NCBI GenBank assembly: GCA_041393255.1
Contig: JAWKKM010000018.1
Coordinates: forward strand, 41,833-105,832
Direction of reading: 5' to 3'
Length of the DNA stretch: 64,000 bases
From: Bacteroidales bacterium
GTDB taxonomy: Bacteria; Bacteroidota; Bacteroidia; Bacteroidales; JAADJA01
Below the pieces are notes generated by a model. It ran no database searches. It saw nothing but the letters and a program-made list of their open reading frames with translations, and was not told where the DNA came from. Positions 30,265 to 42,700 of this stretch are shown here, piece by piece; position 1 is the stretch's first letter, and the number at the start of each line of letters is the position of its first letter. A program made the position numbers and the translations under genes.

Positions 30265-30939
30265 CTAAAATGGGATAACAGTAATTCCAATACTTATGGG
30301 ATACATTTGCGGGCCGTTACCAAAAAGGAACAAGGAAGAAAGTTGATAATATCCCCAAAGGTTCAGCCACTTATATCCAATCCTTGCAGTAAAGCCATAC
30401 CTGTTTTTTTCGATATGCTCAATTCTTGCCTTTTTATAAATCACTTTGTAATAGTTGCCACCAATAAAATCATCACCCTTGTATTTGGTATGGGCTTTAA
30501 TCAAAAAACCAAATTTAAAACCCAGGGCAAACCTGAATTCACTTTTCGATTTAAAGCGAAGTTCAACAGGAATATCAAAATAAGTAGCAACAAATTTGGA
30601 TTTATTATAGGCCAGGTCAGGCATTGTATCGGTGATTTGAATAAAATAGGTTTGGTCGCCCTGGGTCCTGAGAAATGACTCATTGAGCATATTATGAACG
30701 CCAATTCCGATACCGGGCGAAAAACTGAAATTACTTTTCCCCAGCATATAATTGTAAGAACCAAATACATTTACACCGGGATTGATGGTTTTTGGGCTCA
30801 CGCCTTCAGGAACATCCTGCCATATATCCGTAAAAACGTCAAGGCCAAAAGTGAATTTGCGTTTTGTATCTTCATTGACTACCTGGGCAAATGTGTTAAT
30901 AACAAGGATACTTAATACGAATACAAGAAATTTCTTCAT
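30265..30939 (-). CDS. Outer membrane beta-barrel (porin family) protein
   Basis: Signal peptide MKKFLVFVLSILVINTFAQ, alternating amphipathic beta-strand pattern, C-terminal aromatic residue (..ITVIPF). Confidence 0.65.
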   Translation of the reverse strand: MKKFLVFVLSILVINTFAQVVNEDTKRKFTFGLDVFTDIWQDVPEGVSPKTINPGVNVFGSYNYMLGKSNFSFSPGIGIGVHNMLNESFLRTQGDQTYFIQITDTMPDLAYNKSKFVATYFDIPVELRFKSKSEFRFALGFKFGFLIKAHTKYKGDDFIGGNYYKVIYKKARIEHIEKNRYGFTARIGYKWLNLWGYYQLSSLFLFGNGPQMYPISIGITVIPF

Positions 30940-31001
30940 CGGTCTGTTTTTTCAATTTGTTACAAAGATATAACAATAATAACCTTTGTGAGGCAAAAAT
31001 A

Positions 31002-31928
31002 TTACATCCACTTTTTCCTTTTGAAAAGGGTATACATTAAAGCAACAATAAATACCATGGTTCCGATCACGATCCAAAACGACCTTGGATCTTCCTGAAA
31101 AGGAAGGTTTACATTCATCCCGTAAAGGCCGGTTAAAAAGGTTAGCGGGAGCAGTATGGATGAAATCAGGGTAAGAATTTTAATAATTTCGTTGGTCCGG
31201 TTGGCCTGCAACGAATCGAACGTTTGCGACAGGCCTTCAATCAGTTCTGCATAATCCTCTGTTAAGTCCCACATCTGTTTGTAGTAGTCGAGGATGTTGC
31301 CCCAGTAATCTTCCATATTATCGGCATAACCTTCGATCTGGCCACTTTCAAACTTGCCGAACAAAGGCAGTTGTGGTTTAAACATTGTATTCAACAGGAT
31401 TATGTTTTTGCGGATCACCGAAATGCTCTCAATGGTACGTTCGGCCTTAATTTCGAACAAGGACCGGTTCACCGAATCCACTTCATCACCTATTTTCCGG
31501 ATGATGATCTGCGTGGCTTTCATCAATTTCTCGAGGATGGAATATAGTAGTGCATCGCTGGTACCAACCTCGAAATCTTCGGTACGGGCTTCCTGCTCCT
31601 TTCCCTCCCTGAACATTTCATTAACAACCCAATGCGATTTACCGATAGTGATAATGTAATCTTCGCCCCAAAAGATTTTCACCTCGCGGATCCTGAGAAA
31701 TTTATTTTTCTGGTCGAAGTATGGAAAATGGAGGATGATAAAATAGTAATCATCATAAATATCAACCTTTGGGCGCTGATTAAGGTCACTTTTACAGTCT
31801 TCAATATCAAGGGGGTGGAAATGGAAATTGTCTCTTAAATAGTTCAGGTTCTCATCAGAAGGGTTTGAAATATGATGCCATCTTAGCGTTCCGATTTTAA
31901 TTGTTTCAATCATATGCCCTCCTTTCAA
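31002..31928 (-). CDS. corA: Magnesium/cobalt transporter CorA
   Basis: Intact ORF with the ..LTGLYGMNVNLPF.. (GMN) motif and two C-terminal TM helices. The true start may be the internal Met (MIETIKIG..). Confidence 0.88.
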   Translation of the reverse strand: MKGGHMIETIKIGTLRWHHISNPSDENLNYLRDNFHFHPLDIEDCKSDLNQRPKVDIYDDYYFIILHFPYFDQKNKFLRIREVKIFWGEDYIITIGKSHWVVNEMFREGKEQEARTEDFEVGTSDALLYSILEKLMKATQIIIRKIGDEVDSVNRSLFEIKAERTIESISVIRKNIILLNTMFKPQLPLFGKFESGQIEGYADNMEDYWGNILDYYKQMWDLTEDYAELIEGLSQTFDSLQANRTNEIIKILTLISSILLPLTFLTGLYGMNVNLPFQEDPRSFWIVIGTMVFIVALMYTLFKRKKWM

Positions 31929-32180
31929 ATTAATTTTTACATCCCTGAATTATTTTTTATTACTATGATAAATTCAAACTGCAACAACTTTGTATAAAGA
32001 TCCTGTGTTTTCAAAAAATGAGCGACAAAGATATAAAATTAAAGCGAAAAGCATACATAAAGTTTGAAGCTACACCTAAAACATCAGCACCGAAACTCAA
32101 AGCAAATACCTACTGATTCGCCCTAAACAATTCATCTGTCTATTTTTCCAGAATTTTATAACGACTAAAATGATATAATT

Positions 32181-32210
32181 AAAAAAAGGGCTGACCCATC
32201 GGATCAGCCC
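32181..32210 (-). terminator. Rho-independent terminator (A7 / hairpin / T4, potentially bidirectional)
   Basis: Stem gggctga..tcagccc. On the minus strand it is followed by T7. Lies 24 nt downstream of the stop at 32234. Confidence 0.75.
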
Positions 32211-32233
32211 TTTTATAATAGAAAAAAAACTTT

Positions 32234-34077
32234 CTATTCAACAATCATTTTGCGGGTTACTTTTGAATCCCCTGAATTAACAGTGTAGAAATATACTCCG
32301 GATGTAAGTTCTGAGCCATCAATGGTAAATTCAACTTTTCCTGTTGAATATGGTTTTTCAGCAATTCTGTGAACAACCTGCCCCATCAGGTTAGTTACTT
32401 CAAAACTTAAGGTTGCTGGCTCATCAAGCATAACAAAAACGGTAGAAGCTCCTGAGAATGGGTTTGGATAATTCTGCGAAACATTCTCATTCCTAACAAT
32501 TTTAGTTTGATTTATTGAATTAATGATATCAGGCTTATAAACAGACATTACCCTAGTATAATTATCACCTGCAGGATCCTCATCACCTTGAATATGTAGT
32601 CCTGGTTCAGTATCTGCCTGATATGTGAAATAAATATAGTCATCTGAAGTAGGGGACACTGAAGGTACAATACACTCATCGAAAATATATATCAAATCAC
32701 CGGTCATATCATAGAAAGTTCCCCATGAAGTACCAGCGTCAGGTGATGTACGTATCCAAACATGGCGATAGTTTTGCGAACCATTGTCATAACCTTCTGT
32801 AACCGAAAGTAAAAGCCAAGAATAATTGATCCTGATCATCAACGATCAGTTGCACCATACTAGATAATCCAAGGTAATAGGTTCCCCAATCGTCCAACAA
32901 ATCGAGTTCCCCGTTATTATTCAAATCTTGTGACCAGGCGATTAAGTTATAATCCTCCACAAGTTCAGTGCCCGCCTCACCATAAGGATTTAAAGCATCC
33001 ACGTTATTTGAAAATGCCGGCATATCTTCATTCCAGTATCCAACGCCATCAACGCCTGGAAACCAGTAAGGGCCTGCTCCGTCATCATAAGCCCTGTTGA
33101 TACCAAAAACAATATGGATTTTTCCTGAATTGTCAAATGCTAAGTCATGAGATCCATCAACACAGTAAAAAGTATCGGTATTACCTCCTGCGTTCAGAGG
33201 ATATGGATTTTCCCATACAACTGTTTTCGTCCAGTTATCACCGTCATCTTCTGACTTCATCAATGTAGGTCAGTCCATGAATCACCCACCAAAAAAGCAA
33301 GTTTACCATCTTTAGGCTCAGCAAATTCGTAAACATCACCACCAATATTTGTATAATAGGTAGGCCCCAATTCTTCAAAGAAATGGTTTTCAATATCTAC
33401 AGTTGCTCCACCATCTTGCGAACGGGAATATAACAATGCATTTTCCTGGCCTAAGAGGGAATTAAAACCCAAGTACAAGATATCACATGCAATACATTGT
33501 TACTTGAACCAGTAGAAATCACTCGTACTGATCAAATCAACTGCTCCAACAGTCCTCCCAATATATTTACATTCCAATCACCTACTCCCTTTTCTTCCCT
33601 TGTACCAACCCAAATTCCGTCATAATAGTATGATTAGCTATAACCTCTCCATTATCACCCCAATCTGTGTATGATGGCCATCCACATTTTTCATCTTCAA
33701 TTCTTTCCGATGGTGCAGGACCCCAACTATTTCCATCAAAAGTATTATATCCCGTACCTCTATCATTCCAAGTTCCGGTAGTATAACCCATTGTCCATGT
33801 AGCACCTATAAATCCATCATCAAACTTATAAATCCTATTTTGAGTTGATGAATTTGTTTGCAAATCGTACATCGTTCCTCCAATTTCATCTTCTGAAAGA
33901 AAACTTTTTGTACTTTATCACGGGAACTAATTCATTAGATGTATTACCAATGTCCTTAATTGGCTTAATATTTTTCATGGCAATGTCCCTTTTACTTTCC
34001 GGAAGTACAGCCCTGCTTTGCGCAAAGTTATTGAGCCCAAAAGTGATCAATAACGTAAATAGTAAGATTGTTTTCAT
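32234..34077 (-). pseudogene. BNR/Asp-box repeat (sialidase-like beta-propeller) protein with T9SS C-terminal sorting domain, paralog 1, split into 5 frames
   Basis: Fragments 33886..34077 (signal peptide MKTILLFTLLITFGLNNFAQ), 33582..33872, 33260..33478, 32787..33263 and 32234..32842. Asp-box motifs S.D.G.(T/S)W (SRSQDGGATV, KSEDDGDNWTKT, RTSPDAGTSWG). CTD ..NYPNPFSG...GVYFYTVNSGDSKVTRKMIVE. Confidence 0.7.
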
Positions 34078-34377
34078 ACAAAGTATTTTTTTAATTAAAC
34101 GATAAATATGATTTATATTAAATATATTTTTAGAATAAGAATTTACAAAAGTAAAGAATTAATTTTCTTGTCCAAATAACAATTAAAATCTTTGCAAGAT
34201 AAAATAACTAATTATAAAAAACAAATCTTAAAAAGTTAATGGTAACATTCTACAAGTTATTGGGAAAATAAAATTCATGATGTTTAAAAACTTAACTATC
34301 TTTGAATAATCATTTGAAGGAAATTGAATAAATTGTAAACACCAAAACTAAAGTTATTAACTTAAAAAATTAATCCT

Positions 34378-34771
34378 ATGAAAAATTTATTTATTCTTTT
34401 TTAGCACAATTTCATTAATTATTTGTTTATCTATAAATTCTGTATCTGAAACTCCTCCTCCTCAAACTTTCTTTGTTGAGGCATTTCTTTATAACAATGA
34501 TAATCCATCCCCAGGAGTAACTATTACATGTACATTTTATATATATGACTGGGCACATCAATTGGTTGAAACAATACCAGTTCAACTCAGTTATACTGGA
34601 GATGATACTTATGTTTTTAACTCAGGGTATGATTATCACACTACTGATACATTCAATTACAATTTATATGGTTATGATCCAAATGAAGACAGAGAAGTTT
34701 TTTCAATTGGTGGCGGAAACAGCACAAATTGGGGCCTTGAGATAAGTAGACCATGGAATGTACCTAAGTAA
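34378..34771 (+). CDS. Small secreted hypothetical protein (~130 aa) with one frameshift in a T6 run
   Basis: ATG at 34378 gives MKNLFILF. After a 1-nt correction in the T6 run at 34397-34402 the text continues as ..STISLIICLSINSVSETPPPQ.. into ORF 34562..34771. Confidence 0.4.
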
Positions 34772-34832
34772 TTCATATTAATTTACTCATTTTCCTTCAT
34801 GATTTTTGAACTTCTCTTGTTAGTTAATTAAT

Positions 34833-35717
34833 GAAGTTGTTTAAAGTTGACGTAATAAAATAACGCAAAAAGCTAATAAATTCAATCCTTTCCAATGAAT
34901 TTTATTTGTTTCAAAACGGATCAAAATAGCTTTAAAAGCATCTAGCCATGCATTGGTCCGTTCCACAACAAACCTGCATTTGTACAGTAAACTGTCAAAA
35001 AGGTGCTCACTTTCACAGCCGTTTCTTTTATTTTTATCAATATTATCTATTATATCATTCCTGTAACAGAAAGCACGAAAGTTCTCTACGTCAAACCCTG
35101 CATCGGCATTTAAGAACAACCAGTCTGTTCTTATGTTTGAGGATCGTAGGTCTTGAAGCATTTTGTCCACGGACTGCTCAAGTTGATATGCATCATTATG
35201 GTTTCCTAAAACATTCACTACTAGTAATGGGATACCCTGATTATCTGTTAGGATAAGCATGTTGCTAGAATCTTACTTTTTTCCTGCCTTGGTAGCCCAC
35301 TGCCTGTCCGCCCCTTTTGGTGGGTGTATGTGTGCCATCAAGCTAGACACTTGACATGTCCAGCAAATCCTTGTACTTTTCCAGAACATACTTCCAAACT
35401 TGTTCCCAGCTACCATCTTTGCACCATTTCTGAAAGTGATAATAAACGCTCTGCCAATGGTATTTACCTGAAAAATTGTTTCATGGGCAGTTGCCTCCAT
35501 TAACATCCTGTTTTTAGCCGATATAGTATCGATTCTACCACTTGATATACTTTAACCTTGGTATTGTCCATCGAATTTCCGAACTTTAAATGTGGACAAA
35601 TCTCTTTTTTATTATACTTTTGTTCAACATGAAGTTTTTGAACGAATGATGCAACTTATTGAAATCCAATTTCTGTGTATCGTTCGTTCTTTTTAACATT
35701 CAACTTTTGACAACTTC
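34833..35717 (-). mobile_element. IS5-like insertion sequence, copy B (885 bp), TSD AAT
   Basis: Same terminal repeats as copy A (GAAGTTGTTTAAAGTT ... AACTTTTGACAACTTC). Direct AAT at 34830-34832 and 35718-35720. ORF 34841..35260 holds the DDE C-terminal part (..LTDNQGIPL.., ..NADAGFD.., ..ERTNAWLDAFKAILIRFE..). The frame is broken upstream. Confidence 0.85.
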
Positions 35718-35754
35718 AATGTTAAAATTTAATTTAATCACATTTCCAACACAA

Positions 35755-35906
35755 AAAGTTGTCAAAAGTTAAAAGTAAATGACTAAATTCTGAAAAATGA
35801 TTTCCAATTCTCCCCTCTCAGAGAGGGGAAACAGGGTGTGTCAATATAAAATTTAATCATTTTTCAGTAACTAAGTGTTTCAATGTTTTAACTTTTTGAC
35901 AACTTC
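35755..35906. mobile_element. MITE-like non-autonomous derivative of the IS5-like element (~152 bp)
   Basis: Both ends resemble the transposase-proximal IS end: left aAAGTTGTCAAAAGTTaaaag, right (reverse complement) GAAGTTGTCAAAAAGTTaaaac. Internal arms ctgaaaaatgatt / aatcatttttcag, and a central palindrome tcccctctc-a-gagagggga at 35811-35829. No coding capacity. Confidence 0.6.
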
Positions 35907-36040
35907 ACAGAATAAAACTTAATAAGTGCTATACAAAAGACCGAAATTCTGACAATTTTTAACAAACTTGTAAAACAGACCGCTTTTTTTAAAAAGGCTA
36001 ATTAGCTAATAATTAAGTTATGACCTGTTTATCAGAAGAA

Positions 36041-37921
36041 TTAATCCACGATCATTTTCCTCGTGATTTCTTTGCCATTGGCATTCACCGTATAAAAATA
36101 CACCCCCGCATCAAGGGCTGAGGCATCCATTGTAATGAACCGGATTCCTGCATTTACCATCACAGGTTCAGTTTCGTAAACCAACTGCCCCACCAGGTTG
36201 TGAACTTTCAACCCCAGGCTTGCTTTTTCTCCCAATTCTTTTACTTTTGTTAATTCCTTTACCGGGTTGGGATAATTCTGAAACACCTCAAAAAGACCGG
36301 CTCTGCAAGCTTGTCAGCAATACCTGTGATTTCATCTTTGAAAACTTCCATAACAACCATGTTGTTGTCACCGTAAAGATCTTCATCGCCTGCCACTGCC
36401 ATTCCCGGTTCGCTATCAATCTGGCAAATTAAATAAATGCTATTTGGCTCGGTATTTTCAGCACAGGAAGGAAAAGCAAATTCATCAAAGATATGGATCA
36501 GGTCATCGGACAAATCGGTAAACGGGCCCCATGATAATCCACCGTCAGTTGAAACCCTCGACCATAAGTGCCGGTAATTCTGACTGCCATTGTCATAGGT
36601 TTCCGTAAGCGACGTAAAGAAAACATAAAGCTGGTTTTGATCGCCCATAACCAATTGAACCATGCTCGACAGCCCCATATAATATTTCCCGAGATTCTCA
36701 AGTCCATCGCCTACAAAAGTGATCTCGCCGTCTCCGTCAACATCCTGGGTCCAGCCAATAAGATTATAGTCTTCGATCATTTCCGATCCGGGGTCATCAT
36801 AAATACTAAAGGCTTCCATATTGTTTGAAAATGCAGGCATTGTCTCATTCCAGTAGCCTACTCCATCAATATAAGGAAACCAAAAGTTCCATTTCCATCC
36901 GAATGGGCTCTGTTGATTCCAAATACCAAATGAGCCATTCCATTCATGTCGAGTTCCACATCAAAGGAGCCATCCATGCAAAAGAAAGTATCTGTAACCT
37001 CATTGAACCACATGGGATAGGGATGTTCCCAGATCAGTGTTTTGTCCCATGTATCACCACCATCTGTTGATTTCATCAGGACACAATTATAGAACGGGTC
37101 TCCCAAGCGAATGCCAGGGTGTTGTTCCTGGGAGTAGCCCAATCGTAGGTATCTCCATTGAACATTGTATAATAATCCGAACCCATTCCTTCAATAATTT
37201 CGCTGTCAATTTCCCAGGTTTCAGCGCCATCGCTGGAACGGGAATAAACCAGTATTCGCTCAAGGCCTGCATAAACAGTCCCGCCATTGCCGGTTGGGCG
37301 AGTAACCGAAAGCATATGTACGACGGATTCGATCCGCTCCGGTTGTAATTATGCGGGGCCAAACCAATCCCTCACCTCCGGGTGAAGGGCCGACATACAG
37401 GGTTTCACTCAGTCACCTGACCCTTTGTTCAATCGTTTGTTGATAAGCAAACCATCATCGGCACCTCCGGAAATATGGGCAACATTGATTTCGCCATTCT
37501 CGCCCAGGGGTGCATAGGAGGGCCAACCGCTTCGCTGGCTTTCCAATCGTTCAACAGGATCATCACCCCAACTATCCCCATCATAATAGTTATAGCCCGT
37601 TCCGCGATCACTGAAAGTCGGGTCACTGTATCCGATCGTGCAGGTTGCTCCCATTGTTCCATCATCGTATTTGTAAATCCGGTTTTGATTGGTTGAATTG
37701 GTTTGCTGATCATAACGGGTAAGGCCCACATGAGTTTCGAGGGGAACAAGCCCGGGATACCTATAAATGGTATTTTGAAATTGTGTGGTGTTTGCCTGCT
37801 TGAAGGATTGGTCCTTCTTAACGGCTAAATTTCGAAGTTTCTCAGGAACCATTGCCCTTTTCTGGGCAACTAATGCCATACCAATACATATGGCTAAACT
37901 AAAAAGTAGTAGTCTTTTCAT
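36041..37921 (-). pseudogene. BNR/Asp-box repeat protein with T9SS C-terminal sorting domain, paralog 2, split into several frames
   Basis: Fragments 37409..37921 (signal peptide MKRLLLFSLAICIGMALVAQ), 37076..37315, 36858..37142, 36259..36840 and 36041..36286. Asp-boxes SRSSDGAETWEI, KSTDGGDTWDKT, RVSTDGGLSWGPF. CTD ..NYPNPVKE...GVYFYTVNANGKEITRKMIVD. Roughly 50-55 percent identical to paralog 1 over the aligned N-terminal stretch, by eye. Confidence 0.7.
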
Positions 37922-38262
37922 GATTTAAATTATTTGGTTATTAAAAAATTAAAATACGCTGCATATGCGTTTTTCAAAAATAGTTCATGAAAGAGCTTAA
38001 GTCAAGGGAAAAAAAGTTATCGGTTGAGTCAAATCAGGAAACGGTTAAGCCAAATTTTACAAAGAGATAAATTGGATACTAATTCCAGTGCTCGGGTGTG
38101 TTTTGGCAATATAAAAGTACACAATTATGAATTGTTACAGATTCACAGATTTCAAACTACCCTTTTAGTATGTTCAATGAATATTTATTTTTAATCGGAA
38201 ATCCGGGAATCTGAGGCAAATATCTGGTTCCTGCTTATCAGGGGCAGGGAAAGTCATCCCAC

Positions 38263-38291
38263 AAAAAAAGGCCGGTCTAATCAGACCAGCC
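38263..38291 (-). terminator. Rho-independent terminator downstream of susD-like gene
   Basis: On the minus strand: 9-bp stem ggctggtct/agaccggcc (one G-U pair), 4-nt loop, then T7. Confidence 0.75.
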
Positions 38292-38314
38292 TTTAATAAA
38301 ATTCAAATTAAATT

Positions 38315-39788
38315 TTAGTTATCCCACCATACTTTCTGGAATATATCAACTCCGGAAGGAGTATTAGGATTATACGTTACAGGATCGGTTGCATAAGGAT
38401 ACCTGCGTGGAAATACAGATGAAGAAGACTCAGGATTTGGCGTAAGACCAATAACATTATCCGTTCTTCTGAAATCCACAAAAGTCTCGGTTTGATATCC
38501 CAAGGCAAGGTATTTCTGCATCATGATCTCTTTAAATAAATCAGCACCAGAACCCCATGTAGTTTCAAGGTTATCCAGCCAGGCCTGATCCATTACACCA
38601 TATTGAGCAAGAGAGGCAGCAACGGCTGCTTTTAAAGTAGCTTTAACAGCTGCTTCAGCAACTCCTGTTTGAAATTCACACTCAGCCTTAATAAATAATA
38701 CTTCGGCAAATGTTATAATGGGTGTAGGTGTATTACTTGCAGCAATAGCAGGACCTGGTAAACTAGATCCGTTAATAGGCTCACCGGCTGGGCATCCAAA
38801 ATAATCACCTGGCAAATAAGTGATATCATTATACACTAAAGTATCTTCTAAAGGCGAGACATATTGTGGTAAACGAGGATCACCTAACTCCTTTAACTTT
38901 TCAACAAAAAAGTATCCCATCACAGCATCACCAGCCCTGTCTTCCTGGAATAACCATGCTGGATTACCATTGGTATAGTCATTGGTATTGTAGTAATACA
39001 TCATGTTTTCATCATTGCTGGAGATAGCATTATTTAAGTAAGATAAAGCTTCTGTAAAAGCACCATTATCCCTTTTTGACAAATGCAATGCATAACGAGA
39101 CTTTCAAAGAATAAGCTGCCTTTTCCCATAAGGAAATTGCAAGTGGATTCTCAATTTCTCCTCCATAAATGATATCACCATCAAGAGGGAATAATCCTAC
39201 ATCTTTACCTAAGTTATCAATTGCTCCATCCAATAAACTTTGAATAGTAACATAGATATCCTGCTGTGAATCAAAAGCAGGTTTAATATTGGCTGTTCCT
39301 TGTAAGGCATCTGAATAGGGAATATCTCCCCAAACATCTGTAGCTGCACCCAAAACAATAGCCTGAAGTATATCGGCTACTCCATCCATATGAGGAGATG
39401 TACCTGCTGAAAGATCATGTAATTGCTTAATGTCCATAAGCGCATCTGCATATACATCACCCCAAAGGTTGTTTACATCGCCGGCACGAAGAATGTATGA
39501 ACCTTCCGATTGAGATTGACGGGCAACACCTGTATAATATTGCATCCAAATAGCCTGCGTTCTTGCCATGTCGTTTCCGCCAACAATATTAAACCCAACC
39601 CTGGCCTGAATAACAGGCATAATAAGATCCATGGATACTGCCGCAGGGGCATCCGGATCAATGTTGATGTCTGTGTCTATCCATTTTTCGCAGGAGCTAA
39701 ATACCATCGCTGTCAAAATGAATATTCCTAATTTATATATAATTCTGTTTTTCATAATGAATATAGTTTTAATGTTTTTCAATTTCAT
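38315..39788 (-). CDS. SusD/RagB family nutrient-binding outer membrane lipoprotein (one frameshift at ~39102)
   Basis: N-terminus MKNRIIYKLGIFILTAMVFSSC (lipobox). Sits immediately downstream of the SusC-like gene (4-nt gap). The ORFs join as ..AAYSLKSRYALHLSKRDNG.. if the T3 run at 39102-39104 is T2. The C-terminus ..VWWDN is typical. Confidence 0.75.
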
Positions 39789-39792
39789 CAGT

Positions 39793-42700
39793 TTATAAAC
39801 CTAACCTGATACCAACAGTATATGATTTGGTCCCCGGCATGTTGAAGTAATCCATACCTTGTGCATTAGATGCACCGGCCAAACTGGTTTCAGGGTCAAT
39901 TCCAGTATAAGGAGTACTTATCCAAAGATTCTTGGCAGTAAAGTAAAACTCTAAGCCTCTGATGAAGGTTTTGTCTAACATTTTTGTGAAATTATAAGAA
40001 AGTGTAAGGTCTCTCAGTCTAACCCAGTTAGCATCTTCAATATAATCAACAGTTGGTCCGGTAAATCCACTACCTTCTCCATTTGTTCTCCAGTCCTGAT
40101 CAAGTTTAACAACAATATCATTAGTTGAACCATCTGATTGTTTAACCCCTTCAAAAGTATAGTTATCTTCACGTGTTTCGGTATCAGCATGCGCTCCGAA
40201 ATAGTAGAGCGCTCCCATAGTACCATTCCACATCTGGCCACCCTGCTTGATATCAAATAATAGATATAAGGAGAAATCCATAAAAGTAAATGTAGTATTG
40301 ATACCCATTTTCCAATCAGGATTAACTTTTCCTAAAACGGAGAAATTATAGTCACCAATCGGTTTACCATAACCAGGACTATCTGGATCACTATCATCAA
40401 TAATGACATTTCCATTATCATCCCTTAACCAGTCGTATCCATAAATGGTACGGTATTCCTCACCGGCAACCGCGCGGATTTGAGGATCGGTAAACCCACC
40501 AAGGAAGATAGCATCTACATTCTCATATAATTCAGTAACAGGATTCTTAAACTGTGTAAAGTTAGCTCCGATATCCCAGCGGATTTTTTCTGTTTTAACA
40601 GCTGTTGCATAAAGATCAATTTCAATACCCTTTGATTCCATTTTTGCAGCATTGATAAACATATCGCTAAATCCGGAAGAAGGATCGATACTAACAGGAA
40701 GTAAAAGATCTTTACTTTGGCTATTAAAGTATGTAAATCCTAAACCAATACGATTCTGGATGAATTTCAGGTCAAAACCAACTTCAAAAGTAGTTGTGGT
40801 TTCAGGCTTGAGTTCATCAGAACCAACCAGATTACTATAAGAAAAAGCATTGTAACCCATGGTTGGGAACATCACACCGTGAGGCTGAACCCATCCGTCA
40901 GATACCCAGACCCCGGGATCAGCAGCTTGCCTGTAGTAAGTCAATGTATTGTAAGGTGTTGCATCAGAAGCTACTTTTGCATAGGAAACCCTGATTTTAC
41001 CATATGGCAATATCTCGTTATCGCTTAAACCTGGTAACTCAGTAAATATAAAACTACCATTGATAGAAGGATAGAAGAATGAATTATTTTCGGCTGGTAA
41101 GGTTGTTGACCAGTCATTCCTGCCGGTAGTATTGATATATACCATACTTCTCCATGAGAATCCAATATCATAAAACAAACCAGCCCTTCTAACCTTTGAA
41201 GTAGCTTCCCGTGTTGAATTGGTGCTGGTATTATTTAAGTTATAATATTCAGGAATCGCAAGACCATTAGCTTTACCTTCAACCCAGTTAGTAAATAATT
41301 GAGTCATGTTCCAACCCAGGGTAGCAGTGAAACTCAAATCTTCATTAAAGTTCTTGGTAATGTTAGCCAACAGGTCAGAGTTGATATCGCGTTTCAGGAA
41401 GTTCCTGGCCATTACATAACCACCCGGTTCATTTCTTGATCCGATAGCAAAATAGTTCTTGACTTTCGTACTATAATTGTCAACACCAAGCCTATAGCTA
41501 AATGATAACCATTCAGTCGCCCTTATATTGAAATTAATATTTCCAATTAACCTGTTGGTTTCATCATTGTAAAGGTTTTTGTTAGCAGTCCAGTATGGAT
41601 TGTCATAACCACCTCCATTACGATAAGTCCTTTGTGAACCATCAGCCAGTTCATATCCGGCTGAGTTGTCGAATGATGGAGGGGTTCTTAATAAACCAAG
41701 CATAACACCCGAAGTATTGGAACCTTGCTGAATCCTGTCACCAACGGTAACAACATAATTGGCAGAACCACCAATGGTAAACCAGTCGTTAACTTTACTT
41801 GTTCCTCTGACTGTAAAAGTATTTCTTTGAAGTTTATTGTTTGGCACAATGCCTTCGCTTCTCATATCTCCGATTGAAGAATAGAAATTTGTATTTTCAT
41901 TTCCACCAATAAAACTGATAAAGTTATTCCAGGTAACACCTGTTTGGAAGAAGTCATACTGATCGTAAGCATCAACACCAGAACCGGGAACCAATGCACC
42001 GTCAACATCATACTCAGGATTAGTCCAAACAGCTGGATCTTTCGACCAGCTTGATTGATCCAGTCTTGGGCCCCAAGACCAGGAGTCACCTGAATACCAA
42101 TCACCATCCGCACCCTGTCCATATTTAGTGTTCAGCTTAGGCACATTACTGATTTGATCAAAAGTAACTGATGAATTGAAGTTAACAGCAACTTTTCTGC
42201 CTTCAGTAGCAGAACCTTTTTTGGTTTCGATGATAATAACACCGTTTGCACCGCGCATACCATAGAGAGCAGTAGCAGCACCGCCTTTTAGAATACTCAT
42301 ACTGGCAATGTCATCGGGGTTTAAGTCTAACGCCCTGTTTGAACGTGCAACACCGGCAACATCTCCACCGCCCCAATCGCTATCTGAATATCCATCGTCA
42401 TCTGGTGCCACAGTATTATCAATAGGCACCCCATCAACCACAAACAATGGTTGGTTATCACCAATGATTGATGTGGCACCACGAACGGTAATGTAAGTCG
42501 GGGCACCTGCTGCGCCACTGGCGCTGATAACATCAACACCTGAGGCCCTGCCTGCCAATGCATTAATAACATCATTGTTGGCTGATTTATTAATTTCAGC
42601 GTTGGACACCTCAGAAACACCATAACCCAGCGCTTTGGATTCACGCTCGATACCAAGGGCCGTTACAACTACTCCTTCAATATTGAGCATGTCGTTTTCC

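Noticed and set aside
32018-32116. 32-aa Lys-rich ORF (MSDKDIKLKRKAYIKFEATPKTSAPKLKANTY) in the corA / BNR intergenic region.
   Set aside because: It is too short, has no recognisable promoter or RBS context, and I can apply no conservation evidence. It might merit a check only if Ribo-seq or peptide data exist.
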